A stretch of 58,520 bases of DNA. It comes from Fonticula alba ATCC 38817. Lineage: Eukaryota > Protista > Nucleariida. Below the pieces are notes generated by a model. It saw nothing but the letters and a program-made list of their open reading frames with translations, had not been told where the DNA came from and searched no databases. Location: the NCBI GenBank assembly GCA_000388065.2, contig KB932203.1; one strand, 5' to 3'. The position numbers were made by a program, and so were the translations under genes. Below, in pieces: positions 24,002-35,300 of the stretch. Position 1 is the first letter of the stretch. Every line of letters begins with the position of its first letter.

Positions 24002-27000
24002 GCATATAGGCATGGGGCACAGAAATATATCCATGCGTGTTGTGTGTGAGTATATACATCAATCAGCCGGCCGAGCGGCTAGCCGACCAGACAGCGGACT
24101 GTGGGGTAGGGCCGGCTGCTGGGCCTTCGCGGCGCGACCCCTGGGCCTCGGCTACTTGTGCATGCCTCGGGCCGAGGGACGCGTTAATATGAATTCCGGC
24201 GGCCACCCGGCGGCTGGGGGCTGCCCTTGCCACTCTCGAGAGGGGCAAGGGGCGGGGGGGCGGGGGGTCGCCGGGGCAAGTCACGCTCCGCCCTGCTCGC
24301 GCCCTACCCGACTGCAGAACAGCCTGCCGCCGGGCCGGGTGTTGCTGACAGATGCCGAGGGCGTGTGCCGGCGGTGGCGTCTGTGTGTCGCGCGCCAGTG
24401 GCCCCAGCCGGCGGCGCAAGGGAGCCCTTTCGGTCGGGGCCGTGCCCAGGCCTGGGAGGGCGGTCAAGCCCGCGAACACCAGCAGCACCAAATTAATGCC
24501 CAAGACGCGGTGCCTTCCAACTCCTGTGCATCCGGGCGATGCGTGGCCCATCCGGTGCCCGGATACCCCGCCGGGCCCAAAGAGGCCGGCGCCGCACCCG
24601 AGGCAGGGGGCCCTGGCACATGGGCGAATGGAGCGGAGGGGGGAGGGGGAGAGAGAGCCGGCAGGCACGTAGAGCCCGTTCCAGCCAGGCTCAGGGTCCA
24701 GGCCGGGGCTTCCCGCCCGGGGGACAGGGCGCCCACACCAGGTCCAGGGAGGAGGGGGGGGGGGCCGGCGGGGGGATATTAATCTGCGGAGCGCCGCCAG
24801 CCGGCGGGCGGGGGTGGGACCCGGCGCGAGGGCCGGGCCGCGATCGATCGTGCCCAGCCCCGGCGACCCGAGGCCTCGGGTCTTCCCCCCGAGCCAGTCA
24901 GTGCCGGCCAGGCTGTCTGCCTGCTGGCCCGGCCGATACGGCAGCGCCTTCTTTCGAAATTGCCGACAAAACACCCCGGGCCGGGGCCGGCCCCCGCACA
25001 GGCGCGTGTACCTCCCTGTACACAAAGTGGTGGCCGCTCGGCGTCGAGCGGTCTGGCGGCCGAGTGCGCGCCCCCGCCCCCCCCCCCCCCCCTTCCCCTC
25101 ACCTGCCCCAGCCCCTGGGGGTGGCGGGGAAGGTCTCCTCGGGCGGCGGGGCGTCCTGCCCCTCGGGGGCCCGGGGCAGCGTCGGGGCCCGGAGCCCGGA
25201 CGGGAGCCGAAGCGGGACGCAGGGGCGAGCGAGCCAGCGAGCGAGGGAAAGGTCGCCGAGGCAGGACCCGCGCGGTGGGAAAACCGATCGATAATCGGTG
25301 CAGAGCATGGCCCGGGGCCGGCCATTCGGGCGCCAGCCGAACAGTTGCCGGCACGAGCGCGCGCGCGCGCGCGCTCGCAGCCCCCCCCCCTTTTTTGGTG
25401 CACTCGCGCGGCCTTGTTTTGAACGTCACAGCGATCCGGCAGAAAACACCCCCGTGGTGTGATGGGATTTTGACCGCGGCGCGTTCGAGCGCCGACGCGT
25501 GGGCCAAATCCACACCCCCGGCACGATGGGCACCCACCCGATGCCACTCATGGGCCTGGCCGCACCTCGGGCAGGTGGTGTCGCGTGCGCGGTTACAAAC
25601 ACCCACCCCCGGGGCCTGGCCGCAGGCCGGGGCATCGTCCCCGCTCCCGGCCTGGTGCCAGCGGCATGGAGATGCCGCGCGCGCAGGCGCGCGCGAAGGG
25701 CTCGCCATGCAAGGCAGCCGCAAGGAGGAGAGCTGCTGCCTCGTCTCGGGCCCGGGAGGGCGGGGCGGCGAGACGAGGACGCCCGTGCGCTGGATCGTTC
25801 TGCGCGCGCACGCGCGCGAGCCGCAGCCTGGCAGGAGCGGCGGAAATAAACCCGGACAGCCAGCAGCCGAGGCATGGGCGGCCTTCTGTCCATGGTGGCC
25901 CGGGGGCAGGCCCGCCGGTCCGGGCCTGCTCGTCGCCTCCACGCGCAGCCCCGGCCACACCGGACTGCCGAGCGCCGGCCGGTGCCCGTTGCCCCAGTCG
26001 CGGACCGATCTATCGGATAGCGGGCAGATCCCTGGCAGGACTGACATGAGAGATCCAGAGACTTTGGCCCCACTCCTTCCCTCCCCCCCCCCTCCTCCGC
26101 CCCTTCTCCCGGCTCCTCCNNNNNNNNNNNNNNNNNNNNNNNNNNNNNNNNNNNNNNNNNNNNNNNNNNNNNNNNNNNNNNNNNNNNNNNNNNNNNNNNN
26201 NNNNNNNNNNNNNNNNNNNNNNNNNNNNNNNNNNNNNNNNNNNNNNNNNNNNNNNNNNNNNNNNNNNNNNNNNNNNNNNNNNNNNNNNNNNNNNNNNNNN
26301 NNNNNNNNNNNNNNNNNNNNNNNNNNNNNNNTCGTCCCCCTCCTCCCCCTCCCCGAACCTCGCCCCCTGTCTCGCCTCTCGCCACCACCGCAGCTGCTCC
26401 CCTCTCGTCGCCTCGCCGCGCCTCGCCGCTCTTGGGCGTCCCCCTGCGCACCCGCGCAACTTGTGGTGCACGCACGCCCGCACGCACGCTAGGTATGTCC
26501 TCCGCTGCTGGCCGGGGAGCCGCCATGTGTGGACGTGCGAAGTGGCCCCTCGCCGGGCCCGGTCGCGCGACGCGCCCCTACAGCACTCGCGTCCGGCCGC
26601 CGGCTGGCGGGCCCAATGACCTCCTCTGACCCTGGCCCTTCGCCCGCCCCCTCCTCGACCATGTAGGCGGCCCGATCGCACGCGTGCCCTGCAGCTCCCA
26701 TCCGGCCCGGCCCCCCCCGGACATGCGCCTCGCCTCGCACTGCTGACGCCGAGGACCACTCCCCGCCGCCCCGCCCCTCCCGGCTGCCGAGAGTGATCGC
26801 TGGCCGTTTGCCCAGCCGCATCGTCACCGCTCGCGCCTCCTAGTGTACGTTCCTTTGGCCTCCTGCCCTGCCATTCGGGGGCCGAGCCCTTGGGTCCCGG
26901 AGCCACCGCCGTCCGGACCTCCTCTCGTCGGCCTCTTTCCTCGGCCCCTCGCTCGGCCGTGCCGATTTGGCAGATGCCGCAAAGGGCTCCGGGCTTGGTC

Positions 27001-27903
27001 GGGGCCGCAGCCCGGCCGGCAGGCGGGGCGCGGCCCAACACGCGCGAGCCGAGGCCGGAGGCCGGCGAGAAGAGCGGACGGCCCAGGTGCCGTAGATCGC
27101 CACTCGCCCCCCCTCCCCCCCTTCTTGTCAGGCTGTGGGTGCGGCGGGGAAAAAAGCCCCCAGTGGCTTGTGACCAATCGGGGCCGGGCGCCGCCGGACC
27201 AGGCCCGCAGGCAGCGGAGCACTGAGCAGTCGTGGCCGGGGGAGCACCACGCTCCCGGGGCGCCCGGAGGTCGGCATTTCGCACGAGCATGGACAGCACC
27301 GAGTCAGGTCGCCGCTCCGGCCCCCCCCCCCCCCCCCCCCGCGCCACCCCGTGCAGCACGAAGGACGGGCCCGAGAAAATGTGTTCGGCCCCCCGCCGCC
27401 CCCCCGGGTCGTAGGCCCGGGGGCGCGCACTCTTGTGCACACGGAGGCGCGCCGGACTATGAAACCCGGGGGCCGGAGGGGCTGGCCACGTCCCAGGCTA
27501 CTTGCCAACTCTCGGGATGATGCCATGTCCCCCCTGCCGCGGCCGCACGTCTCCCATCCCCCGGCCTTCTGCCCGGCCTGGCCCCGTCCCCCATCCCCCG
27601 GCCCCGGCCCGCACATCCACATGCGCCGCGATCTCTGTTGAGACCGAGCCTGCATATGTCCCCCCCCCCCCCCCCAGCCGGGGCGCCTGATCCCAGATCG
27701 CTGACAGCCGCACCACCCCCGACCGGCCCTCTGCACTTTCCCGGCCCCTTGACCGTCGGAATCGGGGCACCTCTTTGTGCCGCCCCCCCGGTGCCCTTCC
27801 TTCTGGACTTCACACTCTCTCCTCCCCCCCCCCCTCCATCTTCCCTCGCGCCCCATTGCGTCTCCTTTCTCGGCGAATGCCTGCTCTCCCACTCGCCCGC
27901 TGC

Positions 27904-28070
27904 CGACTGACTGACTGACTGACTGACTGACTGACCTACTGACCGACTAACTGACCGACTGACCGACTGACCGACTGACCGACTGACCGACTGACCGACT
28001 GACCGACCGACTGACTGACTGGCTGACTGGCTGACTGGCTGACCGACTGACTGGCTGACTGGCTGACTGG
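27904..28070. repeat. (CTGA/CCGA/CTGG)n tetranucleotide array, ~165 bp
   Basis: Seen directly; contains many CTGAC and one CTAAC branch-point-like words. Confidence 0.92.
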
Positions 28071-28246
28071 CCCCTCCGCCCCTCTACGGGGATGTCCGCC
28101 CAAACAACTAACCCAACTCACTGACTTTGCCTTTGTCTCTCCCCCCCCCCCTCCCCCTCCTCATCACTCATGCTCACGCGCAATTACACAACGCCGTGCG
28201 CCACAATGTCCCCTCGCTGGCCGATGCCCCCTCCCCTGTGCAACAG

Positions 28247-28957
28247 CGCACTCGCCGGTGCTCCTGTCGCACGGCAGGTCCTACCCAGGATCCCCTGCTC
28301 ACAACCCGGGCCGGTCGCCACAGCCACTTCCGGCACCCGTAGGGGAAGAAGAAGACGACAACCCCCCAAGAGAGGGCCCCCGCTCGCACGAGCTCCTCCA
28401 ACTGCAGCAGCACCAGCAGCGCGCATCCGAGGACCTCCACCACCTGTCGCAGCTCCTCTGCGCCCGACAGCCCGTAAGCTTCCACGGTGCCTCGATCCAC
28501 CTCCAGCTGGACGACTGCTTTGGCTCCTTCCCGGGGGACGATCTACCTGTCTCGTGCCCGACGACGCCGACCCTCGCCGCGGCGCCAGTCACCACCTCGC
28601 CGCCTCCCTCACCGCCGCCGGTCCTCCAACGTCGGCGCCTGGCAGCCCGATCGCCCGGTCGCAACCCCCCACGCCCAGGTCGTCGCCATCGTCTGCCGCC
28701 CGGTCCATCGAAGCCCCGCGCCGGAGTCGCATCCGCGGCTGCCGCCCCTGCCACCGCCTCGGCTGCCCTTTCCCCGTGCCCCAGCGTGTCTGCGCATGTT
28801 GACGTCGCCGCCACCGCCGCCGCCGACAGTCCTCACTGCCTGCCTCGGGCCCCTTGCTCGCCGCCCTCACAGCCGACACCGGCTGCCGCATCCCTCGGCA
28901 AGCCCAAGCGGTCCCAGCCCCTGTCCACTTCACCCTCAGAGCCCCTTCGTCCGGTCG
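28247..28957 (+). other. Probable upstream exon of the F-box-STAND-TPR gene (5' UTR or AUG-less coding extension)
   Basis: Begins after the first AG (28245-28246) of a long AG-free tract and ends at G|GTATGT (28958). Its open frame (EEEDDNPPREGPRSHELLQLQQHQQ...) joins in phase 1 to the acceptor at 29167 and the main ORF, but has no in-frame ATG. Confidence 0.4.
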
Positions 28958-29337
28958 GTATGTGAACCGAAACAATACTCCCTCTTTCCGCCTGCCTCTC
29001 TTTCTTGCTCGCCCTTTTTCTCCCACCCCTGCACTGGCCCCTGCTGACACATACACATTTGGCCTGTCCCTGGCTGTGTCCCCTATCTGCTCCCCCCCCC
29101 CCCCACCCCACCCCACCCCCGTCCTCAACGCATTCCGGCTTTCCGCCTCCCCCGCGGTGTCTTGCAGTCGCCACGCCGGCCATCGCCCCGGACCTGAACA
29201 AGCGCTTCAAAAGCACGGCCTTGTTCTTTGCTTCTCGAGTCCCCGGACCAATCTCGCCAGGGTCCCTCTTGCGCTCACGCCGCGGCGGCATCCGCACCAT
29301 TCGCACCAGCAACACCGCCAGCCGACACAGCAGCGCC

Positions 29338-32321
29338 ATGTCGCCGGAGTGCTCTCCCCGGCGCGGGTCGACCGACGGCGGCTGGGCCTACCCGTCGGGG
29401 GCGGCCGCGCCACCATCGGCCACGCCTTCGGCCGGGCCCGGCGCCGGCATGGCCGCCCAAGCCAGCTCGCCTGGGCCGTCACTCGTCCGGGCCGCCCCGC
29501 CGCCACCGCTCCTGATTACCCCCAACTCGGGGGTCGAGGCGCCGGATGCCCCGGGGCTCGGGGCGGAGTCGCAGCACCTGCTCCAGGCCCACGCCCAGCA
29601 CCTGGGCCAGGGCCCGGGCCCCGGCGGCCCCGGCGCCCTCCGTGGCTGGCGCCAGCCCGTGGGCCCGGGGGGGTTCTGCGCCCCCGGCACCGATGGCACC
29701 CAGCCGCCGGGAGCCGGCGCCCCGGCGCCCACCCTGGCCGCCTTGCACCTGGGTGGCACCAACTTCCCCTCCTTTTCGGCCCTGGCCTCGCCGATCGACG
29801 CCAGCATCACCCCGGCCGCCACGCCCACTGCCCAGTCGGCCTCGACCCCGCAGCTGGGGGCCCTGTCCGGCACAAGTCGCCGGTCCAGCCTGGCCATTGG
29901 GGCCGGGCCCCATGGTGGTGGGGTCGGCCTCAGCACCCCGGGCGATCCGCTGGTGGCAGCGGCGGCCGCTGCTGCCGCCGCGGCCGCCGGGGCCTCGACC
30001 ACCGTTGCCGGCACCGCCTGCGTCTCGCCGTCGCCCTCGCTGACAGCCAGCGACAGTGGCGAGCTGCTGGCCATCGGCCAGCATCATCATCATCCCCATG
30101 CCCACCCCCACGGCCACCAGCACCATCACGCCCTCCTGGCGCCGGCGCCGCAGCACCAGCAGCAGCACCAGCAATCGCAGTCGCAATCGTACGCCGTGCC
30201 CAATGGCGGGTACTTCGGGCCCGGCTTGGTGGCCGCCACCACGCCGACGTCCATGCATGCAGCCACCGGCAGCGGGCACCTGGGGCACTGCCTCGGCGCC
30301 GCGGCCGGGGTGGCCGCCGGCAGCGGCAGCTCGGACTCCATGCTGCACCTGATCGACAACTTCCACAGCACGGCCCAGGCCCAGGCCCAGGCCCAGGCCC
30401 AGGCCCAGCAGCGTCACATCCAGGCACTGCTACTGCAGCAGGCCCAGCAGCAGGCCCAGCAGCCGTTGACGCCACTGCTGCCCCCGTCGGCCGGGGGGGT
30501 GGCCCCCACGGCGGCCGCCCTCGCTCCGCCCCAGCCCACCGGGCCGACCTTTGTCCTGGAGGATGTGTCCACCTGCGCCGCCGCGCTGGAGGAAGTGCGT
30601 GCCCTGCGGCAGCAGCAGCAGCAGCACTTCTCCGGCAAGACCGCCGGGCCGGTGTCGCCCCGGGCCGGCGGCGCGCCGAAGCTGGCCCCGGAGCTATGGC
30701 TGCATGTTTTCGGCTTCCTGGACCCGAGCACCCTGGCGTGCTACTGTGCCTCGGTGTCGCGTGCCTGGCGGGTGTTGGTGTTTCGGTGTGTGCGCGAGCG
30801 CGAGCCGGCCCACCACGAGGCCTGCATGCTGGCCTATGCCCACGCGACGCCGGTCAGCCTGGAGCACGTGTGCCGGCAGATTGACGCTCGGCTGCGGCTG
30901 ACCTACCCGGTGCCGGACTTCAGCGGTGGGCTGATGCATGCGGCGGCCGGGCGCGTGAGCGGCGTGTTGCCGGCTAGCCCGCGGCCGGGTGCCCCGGGCG
31001 GGGCGCCGGGCACCGGGCCGCAGGCCGGTCGCCCGGCCCCCGGCGGCCAGGCCGTCAGCCCCAATGACGGGGCCGCCTCCCTGGCGCGCATTGTGGCCAC
31101 CAGCAGCCCAGGCGGCCGGCCGGGTGGCGGATTGCCGTCGTCGTCGTCGTCGTCGTCGTCGGCCGCGGCCGCGGCCGTTGTGCCTGCGTCGGCCGGGCGG
31201 ACGCTGTCCACGGCGGCCCCGTCGCAGCCGCAGCCGCAGCCGCAGCCCGCCGGCGATGGCACGCACACGGCCGGCAGCGATGACGATGCCACCATGGCCG
31301 ACTCGCCGAACTCGCCGCTGCTCAGTGTCACCACTTCCCTCGGATCGGGGGATGACTCCTTCCGTCGGAGCGTGGCCGTGCGCCTGGCCGGTGGCGGCCG
31401 GCACGAGGCCCCCGGGTCGCCTGGGGCCGACCCGCACGCCGGCACGGCCCCCGGCGCCGGGACCACCAGCCCCTCGGGCGGCCAGCCGGCCGGCGGCAGC
31501 AACACCGCCTCCTCGCTGCTGAATGGCTTCTTCCGGCGGAGCTCGGCCGCGGCCCCGGCGCAACCGGCCGCCGATCCGGCCGCCACGACGGCCACCGGCG
31601 CTTCGGCCAGCCGGCCGGCCGGGTCCGTCTCGGCCCTCGGGGGCGGGGTGCCCGTCACCCCGTCCGGGTCGGTCCCGAGCGCGGCGGCCTCCTTCTCGGC
31701 GGCCTCGACCCCGGTGGCCAGCTTCTTCCCGGACTCGCTGGCATCGCTCTTCGGCCAAACCCCGACCACACCGACCACCGGGCCGATGGCGGCGGGCAGT
31801 AGTGTGGCGCAGAACGCCCCGCCGGGCTCCGGCCCGGCCGTGGCCGCCGCCGCCGCCGCTGCCGCCGCCGCCGCCACCCCCACCAGCCCCTCGTCCAATG
31901 TCACCCTCCCGGTGGTGGTCATCGGAGAGAAGGGCCGGGGCAAGTCCACGGTCCTGGCGCACTGGGTGCAGCACCACTGCCGGCTGACGGCCAACACCAT
32001 CGTCCTGTACCACTCGCTGGCGGCCTCGGCCTCGGCCGCCGACCCGATTGCCATGATCTACCGGCTCATGACGCAGCTCCGCGCCTATGGCCAGGTGGAG
32101 GAGGACGTCCCGGCCAGCTGGATGCAGATGGTCCAGAAGTTCCCCCAGTGGCTGCAGGAGGTCGGCAGCCGGCGCATGGTGGTCGTCGTGGTGGATGGCC
32201 TGGACCTGATCGAGACCAAGGCCGACTCCGAGCTGGACCTCTCCTGGCTGCCGACCTTCATCCCGCCCAATGTCAAGGTATGTGTGTTTTCGGGTGGGGG
32301 TCTCCTTCCCCTGCTCTTTCT

Positions 32322-32355
<34 letters not shown>

Positions 32356-35300
32356 TGTCCTCTCTCTTGCCCTCTCTCTTTCGCCCTCTCCTTTTTGTAC
32401 ACCACACACACACACACACACACACACACGCGTGCGCGCGTCGCTGCCCACGGTGCTGACATCACGTCCCTGCTGCGCGCTGCCTTGCCCTCCCGCTGTC
32501 GCTTGGCCGCCCCTATTGACGCGGCACCTGGCAGATGATCTACTCGGTTTGCTCCTCGGCCCGGGAGATCACCGCCGAGCTGATCGACCGCCGCCAGTGG
32601 CAGCCCTATCGCCTGGTGGAGCTGACCCTCTCCGAGCGGCAGAACATCATCGACCGCCTGACTCGGCGGTATGCCAAGATCTCGCCGCAGGCGGCCCTCG
32701 CCGTGCGCGGCCTTGGCCCAGAGCAGCGTGAAAAGATCGCCACCTCGCCCATGGTGCGTGCAGCGCGGCCTGTCGTGGGCCGGTCCCGGCCATTGTGCTT
32801 CCCCTTTTGCCTGCTGTCTTTGCGCCACCACGTTTGCACGCACCCCCCCCCCCCCCTCCCCCGCCCCCCTATCAGGGATGATGTGGCCGGTGCCTGACAG
32901 CGTTTCTCCTTATCTCCCCCCTCGGGGCAACAAAACCCCGGCATCCGCCGCTTCGCATTGCCCGTCCGGTCCTGCCGCCCCTTCCCACACACACGAACAC
33001 CCATGGCAGGCCCACAACCCTCTGTACCTGACGGTGCTGCTGCAGTACCTCGTCCGCCTGCGCACCCGGCTGAGCATGGATGAGCGCATCAACTTCTACA
33101 CCAGCGCCCGGAGCAGTGCGTTCCTTCCCCTACCGCCATAACCCGCTCCACCTCGGCTGCTGCCGGGCACCTGGCTTGGGGGGGGGGGGGGGGGGGGGCG
33201 CATGTGTCGCCCTGTGGGGCTGGCCCTCCGCGAGTGATCAGCATGGCGACACACCCCGTGCCTCGCCCCGCAACTGGCCACTCCCCACTGTTGCTTCCTG
33301 TTTGGCAGTCACTCACACCCAGCCTCTCTCTCTCTCTCTCTCTCTCTCGCTCTCTCTCCCCCTGTCCCTCTCGCTGTCTCGCTCTTTCGCGCCGTGCCGC
33401 TCCGCACATGTGAACGGTCTCGTGCCAGCTCCCGAGCTTTATGACCGGGTACTTGAGGCCCTGGAGATGGACTTCAACACGCCGCCCACCCTGGTCCATG
33501 ATTTCCTCACCTGCCTGGCCTCCTCCCGGCAGGGTCTCTCCGAGAAGGAGGTCGAGGAGGTACAAGCACCACACCCCATTCCCCCCCGTCCATGAGCGCG
33601 CGCCGCCTCCCCCCCCCCCCTTCCTCCCCCCTGGGGGCGAAGGTCCGGCGGGGGGGAAATCTTTCTGCACTTTCTCCGCTCCTTTTGCTGACTCCCCCTC
33701 TCCCCCCCCCCTTGCCCATCTTCCGCTGGGGCGCTTTGGCCTCGGGCCCGGGCAGATCCTCAACCTGGACCCGCCCTCCTGGCACGACTTCTTCCGCGCG
33801 CTGGCCCCATCTCTGCTGGTCCGCTGCGGGCTGGTGTCCTACTTCCATGAAGGCCTGCGCGATGCGGCCCGGCGCCGGTACCTCAGCACCGAGGAGGCGC
33901 AGAAGCGTGCCTATGACAAGCTCATCGACTACTTCACATCCAAGATGAATGGCGGGTCGGTGCCGGCCCCTGGGGCCGGTGTCGGGGCCCCCGGCGGCCC
34001 CAACGGGGACTTCCTCGACGCCGCTGGCGATTCCACCGACGACGACATGGACACCGATGAGCAGCAGCAGCAGCAGCGGCAGAATGCTGGCAATGGCATG
34101 GCCGACGTGGCCACCGGGCCGCAGGATGTGGACACCGAGGATGAGCTGAGCCCGGAGCTGCGCCAGCGCCGGCGGGCCGAAATGGCTGGCCGGCGGGCCG
34201 ATGCCGGCGCCCGCGGGGCGAGCTCCTCCCGCGCCGGCACGTCGGCACCCGGCGCCCATGCCGAGGACGCCGACATGCGCGACGCGCGGTCCTTCGACAA
34301 TTCCCTGCTGGCCGAGGCCACGCGCGTGGTGGCCGGTCCGGCTCACGTCAGCCGGAGCATCGGCCGCGTGGGCCTGGTTCCCACCTCGCGGGCCTCCTCC
34401 ACCGGGGAGGGGGCCAGTGCTGCCGGGCGCCGGGGGCTGGCCAGCGCCAGCGCCACCACCGGCTCCGGCAGCGGGCCCAACGAGTCCACCTCGTCGGGGG
34501 CCTCCTCCACCGGCGCCGGCAGCCCGGCCAGCCCGCGGCTCAGTCTGGTCATCCCGTCCACCGGCCGGCCGGGAGCACCGGGCGGGCAGGCCGCCCGCAC
34601 GGCCACCGGCGCGGCCGCTGCCGCCGCCGCCGCCGCCGCCACCACCACCACCACCACCACCACCACCACCACCGATGTGGACATGGTGTCTCCGGATGAG
34701 CCGGACGCCCCGCCGCCGCTGCAAGCGCCGGATCCTATTCTGGCGCACGCGGCGCACACCGGGACCGATGGTGTGACGCAGCGCGTGGTCGACGAGCTCC
34801 CCTGGCTGCTGGAGCGCACCCGCGACAAGCCCCGGCTCAAGAGCTGCATCGCCAACATCCGCATGTTCGACAAGGTGCGACCCCACACCACCGGCAGGGA
34901 ATGGGCGCGCGGGCCGGGCGCGAGCAGCGGCACAGGGCGGATGGCCCGATGGCCCTGCCTTTGGGTCGGTGTGGGCATGTGCCTCTGAGAGACGACGCGA
35001 GGGGGGCGGGGTGAGGGCGGCCCGGCTGTGCGCACACATCCAGCTGCTCCACAAGTCCGAGGTCCACCAGTGCTTGAGAGAGTAATAATTGAAGCACGCG
35101 CGCGCGTCTCCGGCTCCTGTTCCCATGCAAGACAGTGGAGGGGAGCCGGGCGGCGCGCAGCTGTCTCGGACGCAGGAGAGCGAGCCAGGAGGCGGGGGGG
35201 GGGGGGAGGGCGAGGCAGGTGGCGGCAGCGGGGAGGGGGCGGGGGGCAGGACAGCTTGCGCGGCACCCGCGTGTCGCAGGCACTGCTGCCCTCTCCACAG

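Noticed and set aside
25281-25297. Small inverted repeat ACCGAT-CGATA-ATCGGT
   Set aside because: A single 6-bp stem is expected by chance, and there is no associated feature.
27904-28070. Repeat array as a CRISPR array or telomeric repeat
   Set aside because: Degenerate 4-nt units with no unique spacers, no cas genes, eukaryotic context, and not a TTAGGG-like terminal array.
15600-28240. Transposable element in the gene-poor interval
   Set aside because: No transposase, reverse transcriptase or integrase motifs, LTRs, terminal inverted repeats or target-site duplications were recognised.
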